In this document: positions 26,497 through 39,841 of the stretch, piece after piece
Layout: every line of letters starts with the position of its first letter
How positions within the stretch are numbered: position 1 is the stretch's first letter
Source of the DNA: Azolla caroliniana
Lineage: Eukaryota > Plantae > Polypodiophyta
Assembly: GCA_043228905.1 (NCBI GenBank)
Contig: JBHGNT010000001.1
Coordinates: 12,400,001 to 12,464,000, forward strand
DNA length: 64,000 nt
Direction of reading: 5' to 3'
The notes under the pieces: generated by a model
Databases searched by the model: none
What the model was told of the DNA's origin: nothing
Seen by the model: only the letters and a program-made list of their open reading frames with translations
Position numbers and translations under genes: made by a program

Positions 26497-29400
26497 GGAT
26501 AGTGCACGATAAGGATCCCAAATCCTTCGAAGAGGCCATTGAATTAGTTCTTCGCTATCAATGCACTACGAAGAAGGACCATAACAAACCCAACGAAGTG
26601 CCCGAGACTAAGCAATCACAATTTCTTGGGAAACGCAAGACACCCAATGAATTCATGGATCGTGATTGTAAGCAACAACATCCTTTTTTTGTATTCTGCA
26701 AAAAGAAGGGTCATACAAAAGAGCAATGTCGAAAGCTCCAACAGAAAGAGCACGACAACATAACCAAATTTGCAAACCATAAAGGTCAGATTCCTAATGT
26801 CCTTGAGGTCTATACACATCATTTAAGTAATTGTAAATGTTCTTTCCCTCACCATGTATTGGAACCCAATGATTTACTTCGTGCAAACGGTATATCAATG
26901 GATCTCCCGTACAATTTTTATTTGATTCAGGAACCTCACATAACTTTGTGAATGATTGTTTGGTTTGGATATGGGGAATCCAACTCATCATAAGTGATCA
27001 CACCTATAAGGTACACTTGGCTGATGGAAGAGTACAATACATCAACGAGGTGATTCATTCAATAAGAATTTCTATTGATACTTATATAGAGGAAGTAGAC
27101 TTCCATGTAATGAATCTTTGTACATTAATAATGGGTTAATAATACCTGATTTTTTAATAAAAACTCTTCTTTATCTATTGATTGGATTCATCATTCCATT
27201 ACCTTTGTACTGAATGATTGTACTCATTTTATTCAATGTGTAAATAAACAATCTCATTTGATTGTTTCCTCTCCATCAATATCCGAGTTGTCTTGTCCTT
27301 CTTTATTTTATTGTGTACTTGATCAGAACATTCACGTTTATAATATCGATAGTGACTCGGTTCATTTACCATATTTTGCACAACAACTCCTCGATGAAAT
27401 CTTAAATGATTTTCGTGATGTTTTCTCGAGTGAACTACCACATGGGTTACCTCCTAAACTTAATATAGACCATCGTATAGATATTGTACCCGGCGTTGCA
27501 CCAATAAGTAATCCTCCGTATCGCTTAAGTCGATCTGAAGAGGATGAGGTATCTAAGCAACTCAAGGACTATTTACGAATGGGTTATATACGTTATAGTA
27601 AATCTCTAGGGGGTGCATCTGTTCTCTTGGTAGAAAAGAACGAGGGCACATAGCGTATGTGTATTAATTACCGACGCTTGAATAAAGTGACGATCAAGAA
27701 TTCATATCCATTGCCCCGGGTCGACGATCTAATTGACCATATCTAGGGAGCTCGATATTTTACGAAACTTGATCTTCGTGCGGGCTGCCATCAAATTCGT
27801 ATAAGTGAGGAAGATGTTCCTAAAACTGCATTTCGTACGCGTTATGGCCATTATGAGTTTTTGGTCATGCCTTTTAGTTTGACCAATGCTCTAGCCACAT
27901 TTCAACAAGAAATGAATGACATTTTTCGAGAACAACTTGGAAAATTTGTCATTATTTTCTTGGATGATATTCTAGTTTATAGCCATACGTTAGAAGAACA
28001 TGCTAAACATGTCCGCTTTGTTTTACAAACATAATGTGACAAGCAATTCTACGCGAAGATCTCAAAATGTGAGTTCTTCAAGAAATCAATTACTTATCTC
28101 GGATATCTCATAACCGAACAAGTAGTTGAAATTGATCCTTCTCGCATTGAGAAAATCAAACTTTGGCCCACTCTTCGGAATATTCGAGAAGTTCGATCAT
28201 TCCTTGGGTTTGTCGGGTTTTTGCGAAAATCTCTTTGCAATTATTCCCAATTGAAGATGTCGTTTACTGATCTTCTCAAAGGTCAAACACGTAAGTTTAC
28301 AAAACCTATTGTGTGGAATGCTACACTAGACCTCGCCTTTAAGGAACTCAAGGACCTGGTGTGCAATGCTCCATTGCTTCTTTTACCAAATCCTTCAAAA
28401 CCTTTTCAGGTTGAAACCGATGCAAGTGATTATGCTATGGGTGTCGTCCTATATCAAGAGGGTTACAAACCAATAGCATTTGAGAGTACAAAACTTGATT
28501 CTTCTCAATGTCTGTATACCGTGCAAGAAAAGGAATTATTTGCAATTATTTATGCACTCAAGTCATGGTGCCATTATCTTTATGGAAAATTTCGTTTTGT
28601 GACAACTACGGACCACGAGTCCTTAAAATAATTTTGTGACCAACAAACCTCCAAGGTCGTAAGGCACGATGGGAAGATCTCATCCAAGACTTGATTTTTC
28701 CATACGATATCGTAAAGGTTCCATGAACACTGTCATTGATGCACTAAGTCGCATCCGTGAAGTTAACATGCTTAGCTTCACTGAAATAACATCAGATCTT
28801 TATGATCACCTCCGAGGAAAGTATCCTGATGACAATTATTTTGCGAAATACTGGGAAAGAGTTGAGTCTGGAAGAGACACCACCACATCCTCAAAGGAAT
28901 CCTTTCACATTGCTAACGGTCTAATCTACCGTAATGGGAAGCTTTGCGTTCCAAATTTTCCTGAGGTCAAACAGAGAATTCTTTTTGAATGCCATTATGC
29001 ACCCTCAACAGGGCACCTTGGAATACATCGCACACTCGTTCTCATCTCCGCTCAATTCAATTGGCCTAAGATGTGTAATGACATACATAGCTATGTGATT
29101 AAATGTCACCAGTGTTAGGTTAACAAAGCCAACCGCTAGACTTTTACATCCCTTCAACATTCCCAATAATAAGTGGGAAAGTATATCCATGGATTTTATT
29201 GTTAGCCTTCCTTGCACCCAAAAAGGCCATGATGCCATCTGGGTTGTGGTTGATCGACTAACGAAAATGGCCAGATTTATTGCTACTAAAACCATGGTAA
29301 CAACTCCTAAATTTGTTTACCAATTCGTTGACGAGTTATTTCGTTTTTATGGGTTACCGATGGATATCATGAGTGATCGAGATCCTACGTTTACTAGCTA

Positions 29401-29794
29401 CTTTTGGACGCAAGTCTTTAAGAAGTTAGAAACTACATTGAGCATGAGCTCCATAGATCATCCTCAATCCGATGGACAGATAGAACGAGTAAATCAAATT
29501 ATTGAGGACATGCTCCGTGCATATGTTGGTACAAAACCAACAAAATGGGAACGTTATCTCCCAAATTTGTAGTTTGCTTATAATAGCTCCAAGCATACAT
29601 CGACGGGATATAGTCCTTTTATGTTGATGTATGGTTTTCAGCCATGAGCCCCGATTGATGTTAATATACATCATGATGGGTTGCGAAGTACGCAAAACTT
29701 TATTCAGGATATGCAAGATATGTTGCATATTGCACGAGATAATATAAAAACATCTCAAGATAGAGCGTTTTTATGCCGATCATAATAGGCAACC

Positions 29795-32700
29795 TGTAAA
29801 AAGTAGCGTGCGGAAGCAAGTATAAAGACAAAACAGAAGGAAGAACACTCAGGTTTAATGGAGAGCTTGAGCTTACACAGTATACGCGGGAGAGACCGAG
29901 AGAGTGAGAGAGAAGACTGTGTGTATATTATATTTCTTAAAGGAAAAAAAACAACAACATATATGTGTTCAATGAACACTTTGTACAAGTCCTAGGAAGA
30001 CTGACCGAAGTACTGACAGTACTTCAATGCTCATTAAGAGCTCTTACACTCACTCCCAAATATATTCCTCACGGAATATCTTTCCTAACGGCCTAACCGA
30101 TCGGTCCCAACCGATCCGGTCCTCTGCTTCTTCAGCCGATCCGACCGATGTTGAGCTTGTCTCTCAACACTCCCCCTCAAGCTCAACTTGAGGCTCTTCG
30201 GGATCTTCACAGCTCCGGTTCCTCCTGGCTTCACGCCTCGCTCGCGCTCCTTGACCTGTTCGACTCCGCGCGCTTCGACCCTTCCGGTCGGCTTGTCTGC
30301 TCATGTAGCCCTTATAAGCTCTTTTGTTGTTGCGGTGTCGACACTTCTTCTGTTGCCTTTTCTTCCGCTTGGGCCTCGGTTGATTCAACGTGTCTGAATC
30401 AAACATCCGAACCGACTCGTCTACCTCCGATTGGTTTTCGCTCTCGTCCGAGTTGGTTGTCTCCAACTTGTCTTCAGTCTTCTCGCCCTCGATGACGTCA
30501 TCTCCCCCATGCGTGGTTGGCTTCAACTCTCTCCTTCGGCTGCTCCCCTTCTGTCCGCTTCCAGACTTTTCCGCGGGTCCGCCCTCGGCATCTTTAGCCG
30601 ATCCGAAGTTGAACTCGTCAACCGACTCGGTGTTGCGGACAACCGACTCGGTGTCGCGGTCTCCGCTCCTTTCCTGCTGCCTTGCTTGGTCGTTCGGGAC
30701 TATTCTCCCCCTCAAGTTCGGCACATCGAGGTGACGCAACCCGAGCGCACCTGAGAATTGCCTCAACTTGTCCAGACCAAGAGGCTTTGTGAAGATGTCG
30801 GCAGTCTGCCGATCCGTCGGCACGTACTGAAGTTCGACTTCACCGGAAAGGACACGCTCACGGACGAAATGGTAGTGCACCTCAATGTGCTTGGTTCGTG
30901 CATGGAAAACGGGGTTCTTCGCGAGCTGGATGCTGCTGAGGTTGTCGTAGTAGATCGTCGTCAGATCTGACACCTCCGCTTGCAGGTCCTTAAGTAGCCG
31001 CTTCAACCATATGGCTTCGCATGTCGCGACAGCCGCTCCTCGGTACTCAGCTTCGGTGCTCGACAGTGCAACTGTTGGCTGCTTCTTACTGCTCCACGCG
31101 ATCGCGACACTCCCGAGGGAGAACGCGAATCTGGACGTGGATCGGCGATCGGCGGCGTTGCCAGCCCAATCAGCATTGGTGTAGCCGACTAACTGCGCGG
31201 CTGCACCGGTCTGATATAGCAGTGCTCGGTCCTTAGTGCCACTTACGTACCGCAGTACGCGTTGCGCACACTGAAGGTGCTCCTCGGTAGGTCGCGCCAT
31301 GAACTGACTGATCACCCCGACCGGATAACTGAGGTCGGGTCGGGTGATGGTCAAGTATATGAGGCTTCCGACAATTTGTCGAAACCTCGTCGGGTTGCAT
31401 ACCTCTCCCATATCGGGACGAAGCTTGATGGTTCTGTCCAGAGGAGTTGAGACGGACTTACAGTCGGCCATCCCAAGTTTGAAGAGCATACCCAACACAT
31501 AATGACGTTGGCTGATCAATATGCCTTCGGGGGTACGGATCACTTCGATCCCGAGGAAGTAATGAAGGTTCCCCAGATCCTTCATGTCGAACGATGCCGC
31601 AAGCTGGAGCTTCACGCGGTCGATTTCGCCTAGGTCGGCGCCGGTGATGACCAAGTCATCGACATATAGTAGAATACTAACCGGTCCGAGTCGACCTTTT
31701 CGGATGAATAGGGAAGAGTTCGATTTTGACGTGACGAAGCCCATCCGATGCAGTTGTTGCGTGATCTTCGCGTTCCAGGCACGCGGGGCTTGCTTCAGTC
31801 CGTAAAGGGACTTCTTCAGTCGGCATACTGCCGAGGAGTTTGTTCTGGAGGGAAATCCGGGGGGTTGTACCATGTACACTTGTTCCTCAAGGTCACCTTG
31901 CAGGAACGCATTCTTTACATCCATTTGATGTAGGTGCCACCCCTTGGCCGCAGCTACTGCGAGCAAAACACGGACGGTCGTCATTTTCGTGACCGGCGCA
32001 AATGTCTCATCGTCGTCGATGCCGTGCTTCTGTGCGTAGCCCTTTGCCACTAGTCGAGCCTTGTACCGGTTGACCGAGCCATCGGTGTTGTACTTGACTT
32101 TGTACACCCACCTACACCCGATCGGTTTTACCCCTCTTGGTGCGTCAACCAGGTCCTAGGTCTCATTCTCCGCCAATGCGTGCATCTCTTCCTCCATCGC
32201 GGCACGCCAATTCACGTCTTTAGCCGCTTCTGTGTAGCTCTCCGGCTCACGCACTTCCGCTACACGGGTCATGTACGCATAATGATGTGCCATGTACTCG
32301 TTGTATCCGAACCGCAAAACAGGATTCTTCTGGCGGGTAGATCGGCGTAATCTCGCATTAGCCAATGTCGAGGCCTTCTCGATCAACGCGGACTTCACTT
32401 TTAAAGACTCGTCACCGGTTCCCTCAGAGTCGGACTTGCGTCGGTCTGACTCGTTCCTATCCGTGCCGGAATCCGACACCTTCTTCTTCCCTTTCTCTTT
32501 GCGTGTAAGCCGTCTCCTCGGCTTCCTGCGCGGGGAATGCACGGCCGAGTCTCCACTACTCGCCGACTCTTTATCGGACTGGTCGTACCAACTCAGCCAT
32601 CCAATCGGTCCACTTAAACGGAGTGAAATCGGACTCTCTTCGCGGGTCTCGATTTCGGGCTCATCCGGAGGCATCTCGGCCTCGCTGACCTCATCGTCAG

Positions 32701-35442
32701 AGCTCGGATTGGAGTCGGGGTTCGTAGTCGTGGGCAGGTACCAGGATGCGGACTCATCAAACACAACGTCGCAGCTGACACGCGCTTGTTTGGTGCGAGG
32801 GTTATAGCACTTATAACTCTTCTGCTCGTCCGAGTAACCGACCAAGATGCATTTCTCGGCCTTTGCGTCCAGCTTCATCCTTTTCTCCTTCGGTATATGC
32901 ACATACGCAATGCTACCGAACACCCTCAAGTGTCGTAAGTTCAGCTTCGTTCCGAAGTATAGCTCGTGCGCCAACACCTTGTCTCCGATCCGGTTCTGGA
33001 TGTATACCGCGGTCCTTACCGCCTTGGCCCAGTAGAACTTGGGCAAGCTCTTCTCCTCCAGCATTGCCCGTGCCGCTTCCACAACTGACCGATTCTTTCT
33101 CTCGGCCACGCCGTTCTGCTCCGGCGTGTATCTACAACTGAATTTGCGGCGAATTCCCATTTGTTGTAGGTAACCGTTGAATTGACCGGAAAAGCACTCT
33201 TTCCCGCCATCCGACCGCAGACACTTGATCTTTCGTCCCGTTTCCATTTCCACGAACCCTTTGAGGTCCCGGAAACAGTCGAAGACTTCGCTCTTCCTCT
33301 CAATGAGGTAGATCCACGTGTGCCGCGTGTGGTCGTCGATGAAGGAGACGAAATATCGGTTCCCGCCAAGACTAACGTTTTGTGCTGGCCCCCATACATC
33401 GGAGTGTATAAGGTCGCGCTTGTTCCGGCTCCGGTTTCGTTCGTTTGGGAAAGGAAGTCGGTGTTGCTTCCCGAGCTGGCAGGCTTCACAAATTTGTGCC
33501 TTTTAGCCACTAAATTTGGGCAATTCGAACACTACCTGTTTCGATTGTAGATCTTGAAGCCGTTGGTGGTTGACGTGGCCTATCCGCTTGTGCCACAAGT
33601 CGATGTCCGACTCGGTTTTTTGTCCATTCGCGAACATTGCGGTGCCGCCGTCAGTGGAGTCGAGGATGAACATCCTCCCGTCTCTGCGCCCTTGCGCAAT
33701 CACACAACCTTCTTCCTCAATGAAGCACCTGAGGTGTGTAAACCGAACCTCCATCCCTTGGTCGACGATCTATCCGACCGAGACCAAGTTTTTCGTGATT
33801 GTCGGGACGTGCAACACGTTCATGAGTTTCCCTTTCTGCCCGACATGGCTAAGGGGAACTTCTCTGACATTCGCGATCGGATGCGGAGTGTCGTCTCCTG
33901 TTGCGACTACTCCAGGTTGTATCGGTTTTTCAAGGTACGAGAACCACTCCTTATGGCTCGTCATGTGGTTTGACGCGCCGGAGTCTACGTACCACACCTC
34001 GTCCGATCTCGGGGTGCTCTGTTTCATTGAGTTTGCTTCGTGTCTCGTCACGAAGGCAGACCCTTCTCCGGCTCTCCCGGAGTCTTCGGCGTAGTGCGAT
34101 TGCTGCCGATTTCCCTTGTCGGTATGTCTGGAGCCGTTTCCGGAATCGGTTCTCACCGAATCGGCGCGCTTCTTCCAACACTCACTTTCCCTGTGGCCTT
34201 TCTTGCCACAATACCAGCACTTCGCGATGGCCTTCCCTTGCCGGTTCTCATCGCTTCGACTCCCCCTGTTTCCGGAGGGTCCGGAGTTGCTGTCGGCATC
34301 AGTTTGGTGCCTTCTTCCTTGATCTCGTCGGCCGCCTCCATTGCGCGCCGACTCGGCTCGTCCTCCATGTCCACGAGGCCTATCTCCCTCCGTGTACAAC
34401 ATTCTGCTGTCGGTGTGTGTGCTTGTAAACGCACCCGTGTGGTTCTCTACCAGGAGCATTGACTGTAAGTCAAAAAAGGACGACGTATTCTCCCGGGTAC
34501 ACACAGCCGTTCGAAACGCTCCGAACTTCGACGCCAAACCTCCGAGACAGATCTGGACCATCTCGCTTTCCTCGATGTTCACCTCTATGGAGGCGAGGCA
34601 GTCGCAGATATCCTTGATCTTCGAGGTATAGTCCGCCATTGACAAGTCGCGTTGTCGTAGGTTGCTCAACTCCTGTCGGAGCTGAAGCTTCCTGGCTATG
34701 GTGCTCGCGGCGAAAATCTTCTTCAGATTTTCCCACGCACCCTTCGACGTCTTTGCATCCCGAACATAGCTGAATAGTTGTTCGCCCACACACGACGCGA
34801 AGCAGTATAATACCCTGCTCGCCGATTGCTCCCATGACGGGAAGTCTCTGTGTGTCGATTCGGGTGGCGCGTCGTTAGCTCCTTCGACATAACTCCAGTA
34901 GCCGTGCCCGAGTAGGTACTGGTGCATCTTGTAGGACCAAGACGCGTAGTTGGTTCTGTCAAGCTTCTCTGTTGGAACGAGCTCGCCATGCCTCTATCCA
35001 TCGTTCTTCTTCGTCAAGCTGTATCGGCTGCAGAGAGGTTCTCAACCCTCGCACTCTGATACCATGTAAAAAGTAGCGTGCGGAAGCAAGTATAAAGACA
35101 GAACAGAAGGAAGAACACTCAGGTTTAATGGAGAGCTTGAGCTTACACAGTATACGCGGGAGAGACCGAGAGAGTGAGAGAGAAGACTGTGTGTATATTA
35201 TATTTCTTAAAAGAAAAAAAACAACAACAACATATATGTGTTCAATGAACACTTTGTACAAGTCCTAGGAGGACTGACCGAAGTATTGACAGTACTTCAA
35301 TGCTCATTAAGAGCTCTTACACTCACTCCCAAATATATTCCTCACGGAATATCTTTCCTAACGGCCTAACCGATCGGTCCCAACCGATCCGGTCCTCGGT
35401 TTCTTCAGCCGATCCGGCCGATGTTGAGCTTGTCTCTCAACA
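29795..35442 (-). mobile_element. Full-length Ty1/Copia LTR retrotransposon
   Basis: LTRs 29795-30169 and 35065-35442 (TG...CA; about 7 substitutions plus a small indel). 5 bp TSD CAACC on both sides. PBS TGGTATCAGAG at 35064-35054 and PPT TTGAGGGGGAG at 30180-30170. Domain order gag-PR-IN-RT-RH. Confidence 0.97.
30164..35001 (-). pseudogene. Copia gag-pol polyprotein with a few inactivating stops
   Basis: ORF pieces 33770-34927 (gag, CWYCGKKGHRESEC, WYVDSGASNHM), 33503-33754, 32156-33253 (IN) and 30164-32107 (RT YKARLVAKG, YVDD; RNase H TKHIEVHYHFVRE). Separated by single stops and an N-terminal frameshift. Confidence 0.9.
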
Positions 35443-37789
35443 CAACCTCGTGTATTCAACCCTGGACAGGAGGTATTTTTACGTGTACCTCACAATTCTA
35501 AGACATTGTCTACAGGTAAGTGGCTAAGTTAGCCCCAAGGTTTTGTGGACCTTTTATAGTCAAACGCATTGGTTCATCAGCCTATCGTCACGCTCTTCCT
35601 GATGGCGTTAAAATCCATTCAGCTTTTCATGTAAGTCATCGAAAAGAACTTCTAGATTCTGGCGACAATACAGTTACAACTGAAACTTTGGTTACTTCTG
35701 AAGAATTATCTTCTAAACCACATGTACCAGAAAGAATTATCAATGTTAAAACAAAGAATTTGCGTTCTAAAATAATCCGAGAATTTAAAATTAAATGGAT
35801 GGATAAATCTATCAAAGATGCCACATGGGAATGCAAAAATGCTCTTAGAACTAACTTCCCTAACTTTCCATTGCAAGAGTGCAATGTTTTAAAGAGGGGG
35901 AGTATGTTACGGGCATGTCCATATAATATCTCGTGGTGAGAATGTACCGTAGTATTCTATGTGGATAAAATGTGAGGGTTAAACGAGAGGGTAAAGAAGG
36001 GGAGGATTACTTTTAATCCTTGGGATTGAGACAACCCATGAGGCCAAGTGTGAACTTGCATGGGGGCCTTGGGTCTAGCTATAAATATGAGGCCTAGCTA
36101 CCCTCATTTGATGATCTCTTGACTACGTTGAGACTCCGTTCTTGTGGTGGGTCAACTCTTGTAGCGAGCGCACCAGCACCAGGTACGACTCGACACCATG
36201 GTGATGGTATGGGACGCCAATCGAGGCTCGAGTCCGTCTTGATCCCTTCGCTCGGGGGTGGTCAGGTGGATCGACACCCTTCTTTCTCTCTCGCCCTTCT
36301 TATTTTATATCTATTATATCCTTATCTCATGCTTACATTAGAACATAACTCTAACATTAAACCCTTTTATGTCTCCCCTTCCCAAGTGGGAAGCATGGGC
36401 CATGCGTACACAGACCGTACCGACTTCCTATTTTAGGACACAAACTCACCAAATTAATGGTACAATATACTAAAATATAATATACAATAAATTAAACCAA
36501 TATCGTTATAAATAATAGAGGATACATACATTTTTCTTTGGGGAATTGCATATTTAAACACATTTGTTTACAATAATGAGCCCATGTGACCTTGTCCATC
36601 AACGGTGGCCTCGTGACACCATTTCTTGATTTTGCAATCCTCTTGTTATACAAGTGAAAACTTACGTTAGATTGGTTCTAATCCAATTTTTCTATATTAT
36701 GTACAATACAAACTCAATTTCATGGGCATGAACACCATCTCTAACTCCTTATCATATACCACCCCCGACCTCGAGGTTGCAACACATGAACTTACCTAGG
36801 ATGGTTGCATCAATTTCAAATGCTTGAGAAATGCAAGATTCCTTAGAGGAGAGGATAATATGTTTGTATTCTTTATGTCAAGGAACAATCACCCGGTCAC
36901 AAATCCAAGTTTGTTAGCACAAGTTTCAAAATGGATTGGACTTGAATCCACCACAACCACCACATCAACACAAATGGTCAGCCCATTGTAAACATATTTT
37001 TAAAATTATAGTTTCATACTTTATAATTAAGCAAGTCTAGGTTAATCGACACAATGTAGCCTATAGGTGCATGTATGTCAAATATCTCACAAGGAAGATA
37101 ATGAGGATGAGGATAGTATCGACGATACCTCTCACAATAATTTCACAATAATTTTATAAGAAGCTCACGATCAAGACAAGTGCTCTAAGAATTGGAACCA
37201 AACGTGTTGTAATGATCCATGCTTGCTAGAGGCACAACAGAGACATTGGAAGACCATCTACTTCCTATGGTCCTTTGATCGTTGTTATGTACAAAAGATC
37301 CAAGGAAGTATAGAGGATAGATCAGGGCATCATTGCCTAGTGATGGGAGGTTTTTAGTTTTTGGGGTAGGTGTTATATGCTAGCCCCATCTTAAATTTCT
37401 TGAGATGTTGATCAATGCTTGTTCATTGTACAGAATCTACATGTCCCTCCCCATTCAGAAGTCACCCTAATGTCCTTTTGTGGGCCATCTATATGTGGAC
37501 TACATGGCATTGATTGGTTTAATACACTAGAAACATGTCAACATCTGGTTTTTGTGCAAATGTTGCATCATTAACAGAAAGCGGAAAGGAACATTGATTA
37601 AATGCCAGTACGAATGACATTATTTGGATTTTGGCCGATTGACCAACATTTAAACGTATAGATAGTAGATAGGCAAAATTCAAGTCTGAGCCAAGAAACT
37701 AAAAACTAGGTGTAGGACTAGACAATGTTAGTCCATTTTCAATGCAATCATAGAAAATGGTCAACATGGCTAGTGATCGTAATCAAGTA

Positions 37790-38240
37790 CAATATACCAC
37801 CATACATATGAATAAAGAAAGAACACTTGAGGTTATCCTTATTAAATCCAAGAAAGAAATAAGTTAAGGATCTAAATGTATAGCTAACACCTCTTATTGA
37901 TGACCTACAGGAATTGTGGAGAGGTTTAGATGTCATTGATGCAATCAAATTGAGAGGGCATCGAGTTTTTTAACTCTGTGGCATTCTATTATGGGCTATT
38001 TATGATTGCTACATACAGGTTTTGTTTAGGTCTCGGAACAAAAGGTTGTAAGGCATATGCCCCCTGTGTGGTTATTGGTTGATATCAACCTATTGTAAGT
38101 CTTGAAACAAGAATGTGTACCTCAAACAACAATTTTTAGAAGAAGATCACCCTCCACTTAGTAAAGCCCAAGCACGTCATTTGATGGGAAAATTGAATGA
38201 GGAAGACCATCAACTTGTCAAACCCAACAAGATTGGTATA
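37790..38240 (+). mobile_element. CACTA/En-Spm (Tnp2-like) transposase relic
   Basis: Manual translation KEHLRLSLLNPRKK*VKDLNV*LTPLIDDLQELWRGLDVIDA...LCGILLWAIYD matches the Transposase_21 motif (L.PL.DEL..LW; L...LLW.I.D). Confidence 0.65.
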
Positions 38241-39841
38241 GGACGTGAACTATAAGACCTCCCATTGATGTAGATGCGTAGAGTCTACTTAGCACGGACA
38301 ATCAATGTGGGCGAGCAACAAACAATAGAGGGATTGAACCTAATACGTCCAAATGGTTCACACTAGATTATTGGAAGGACTTAAATAATGCACGAGCTAT
38401 TGAATAACTCATTGGAAGGACTTAAAGTATGCATGAGCTAGTTAACTATTGAGCTTGGTTGTGTTAGACGACATGTGTCATGGTTGGAGATTGAATGCAT
38501 GTAACCCTCCCATTATGAATGTGCAACACCAAGCTATGTCTTATTTGAGGAAGCTTCCAAGACTACAAGAACCTATGAAACCAATCCGGTGTGAACATAG
38601 ACAGTAGAACCTTAAAAATGTAAACCTCACTTGAGAAGATGAAAAAGTTGTCAATGGTCATGTAGAAAAGCTCCATTGAACTGTCCAACTGAATTTGTAT
38701 ACGTTTAAGTCTATACTCAGCAAAGCATCGATCAAGCAGATGGTTTGGAGTTTCTAATTCAAAATTGTAACATATCTCAACCCAAGCCAAGAAACTACTT
38801 ATAAGAAAATCCAAAAAACTATACCACGATGCATTAGAAACATCCCATGAACAATTGTATATCTAAGTAGGTCCATGTTTAGTATACGCAATTGTCCTCC
38901 ACATTCCTAACCACAAAAAACAGCTTGATTGTTCAAACTAAGAGAATTGCATATAGATATTATAATAGAGGCATATCTGTACTTCAGCTATTGATATCCA
39001 AATGTGAATCAATCCATAACTTGAGTCACAAATATTGTATATACATATATATGATCAAGGAACGAATTTGTGCCAAGAGTTAGTGTTAAATAAATAGCAG
39101 ACACAAAATGTAAACAAAGGTGTAATATTAACTTCCATGCATATTATTCATTTCATTGCAACGAAGTCAAAAGAAACGACGGAATGATCCCCCCCTCAAA
39201 AGAATCCGGAAGAGTACTTGGAATTGATACTACAGTAACAACCTACTCTTGTATTGTCAACGCCTTGCTCCCGCCTTGACCTAGGAACAGTTCACGCACC
39301 CTTCAAAATTTTGAAGAAAAAATTAACTTGCTTTGAGAACATTCTCTCTAAAACACATGGCCCCTTCTTTCTGCCTGCCTCAAAACCCAAGAGAACTATT
39401 CAATATTCGCGACACTAAGTTGAAAAAAGCAAATGTCAAGCTTCACTGCTTTGTTGAAGAGAAAACCCTTGAGTGATAGAGACAATTGGTCTCCCAGAAA
39501 AATCTAATGATTTTTTTTCTTTTGTTTTTTACAATTCTCAACCCATGTCGTGTAGAAAAGAATAAGGATTTTTTTCAATCTTATTGAGGAAAAGAAAATT
39601 TGAGCAGCAGACACTCTTCAAGAAAACATCCGGAAATCACTTCCACTTTTCGTTTCTCCTCAACTCATGTCACGTGTGTAGCAGTGTGTTCTCTCATATA
39701 TCAAAAACCCATCCGTCCGAGTCTTCCATCCACATTATACAACCAAAATTTGTATGCCTTGAGATTTAAATCTTCTAGAGCAAAAAGACCTTGTTTTTGT
39801 TTATAGTTTCTGAACCCTTTCGATTTTAACCACTGTATCTC

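Larger units (their letters stand above)
26497..36440 (+). mobile_element. 5'-truncated Ty3/Gypsy chromovirus (gag C-terminus, PR, RT, RNase H, IN, chromodomain, 3' LTR), interrupted by a Copia at 29795-35442
   Basis: Zn knuckle FCKKKGHTKEQC, RT PPYRLS...FLDDILV, RNase H ETDASDYA, IN MDFIVSLP...HPQSDGQIER, KLAPRFCGPF, chromodomain FKIKW...DATWE. PPT AAGAGGGGGAGTA, then LTR TGTTACGGG at 35905 to ~36440. Many stops and frameshifts. Confidence 0.88.

Noticed and set aside
30148-34631. Many plus-strand ORFs antisense to the Copia
   Set aside because: Shadow ORFs expected in GC-rich coding DNA, with no recognisable motifs.
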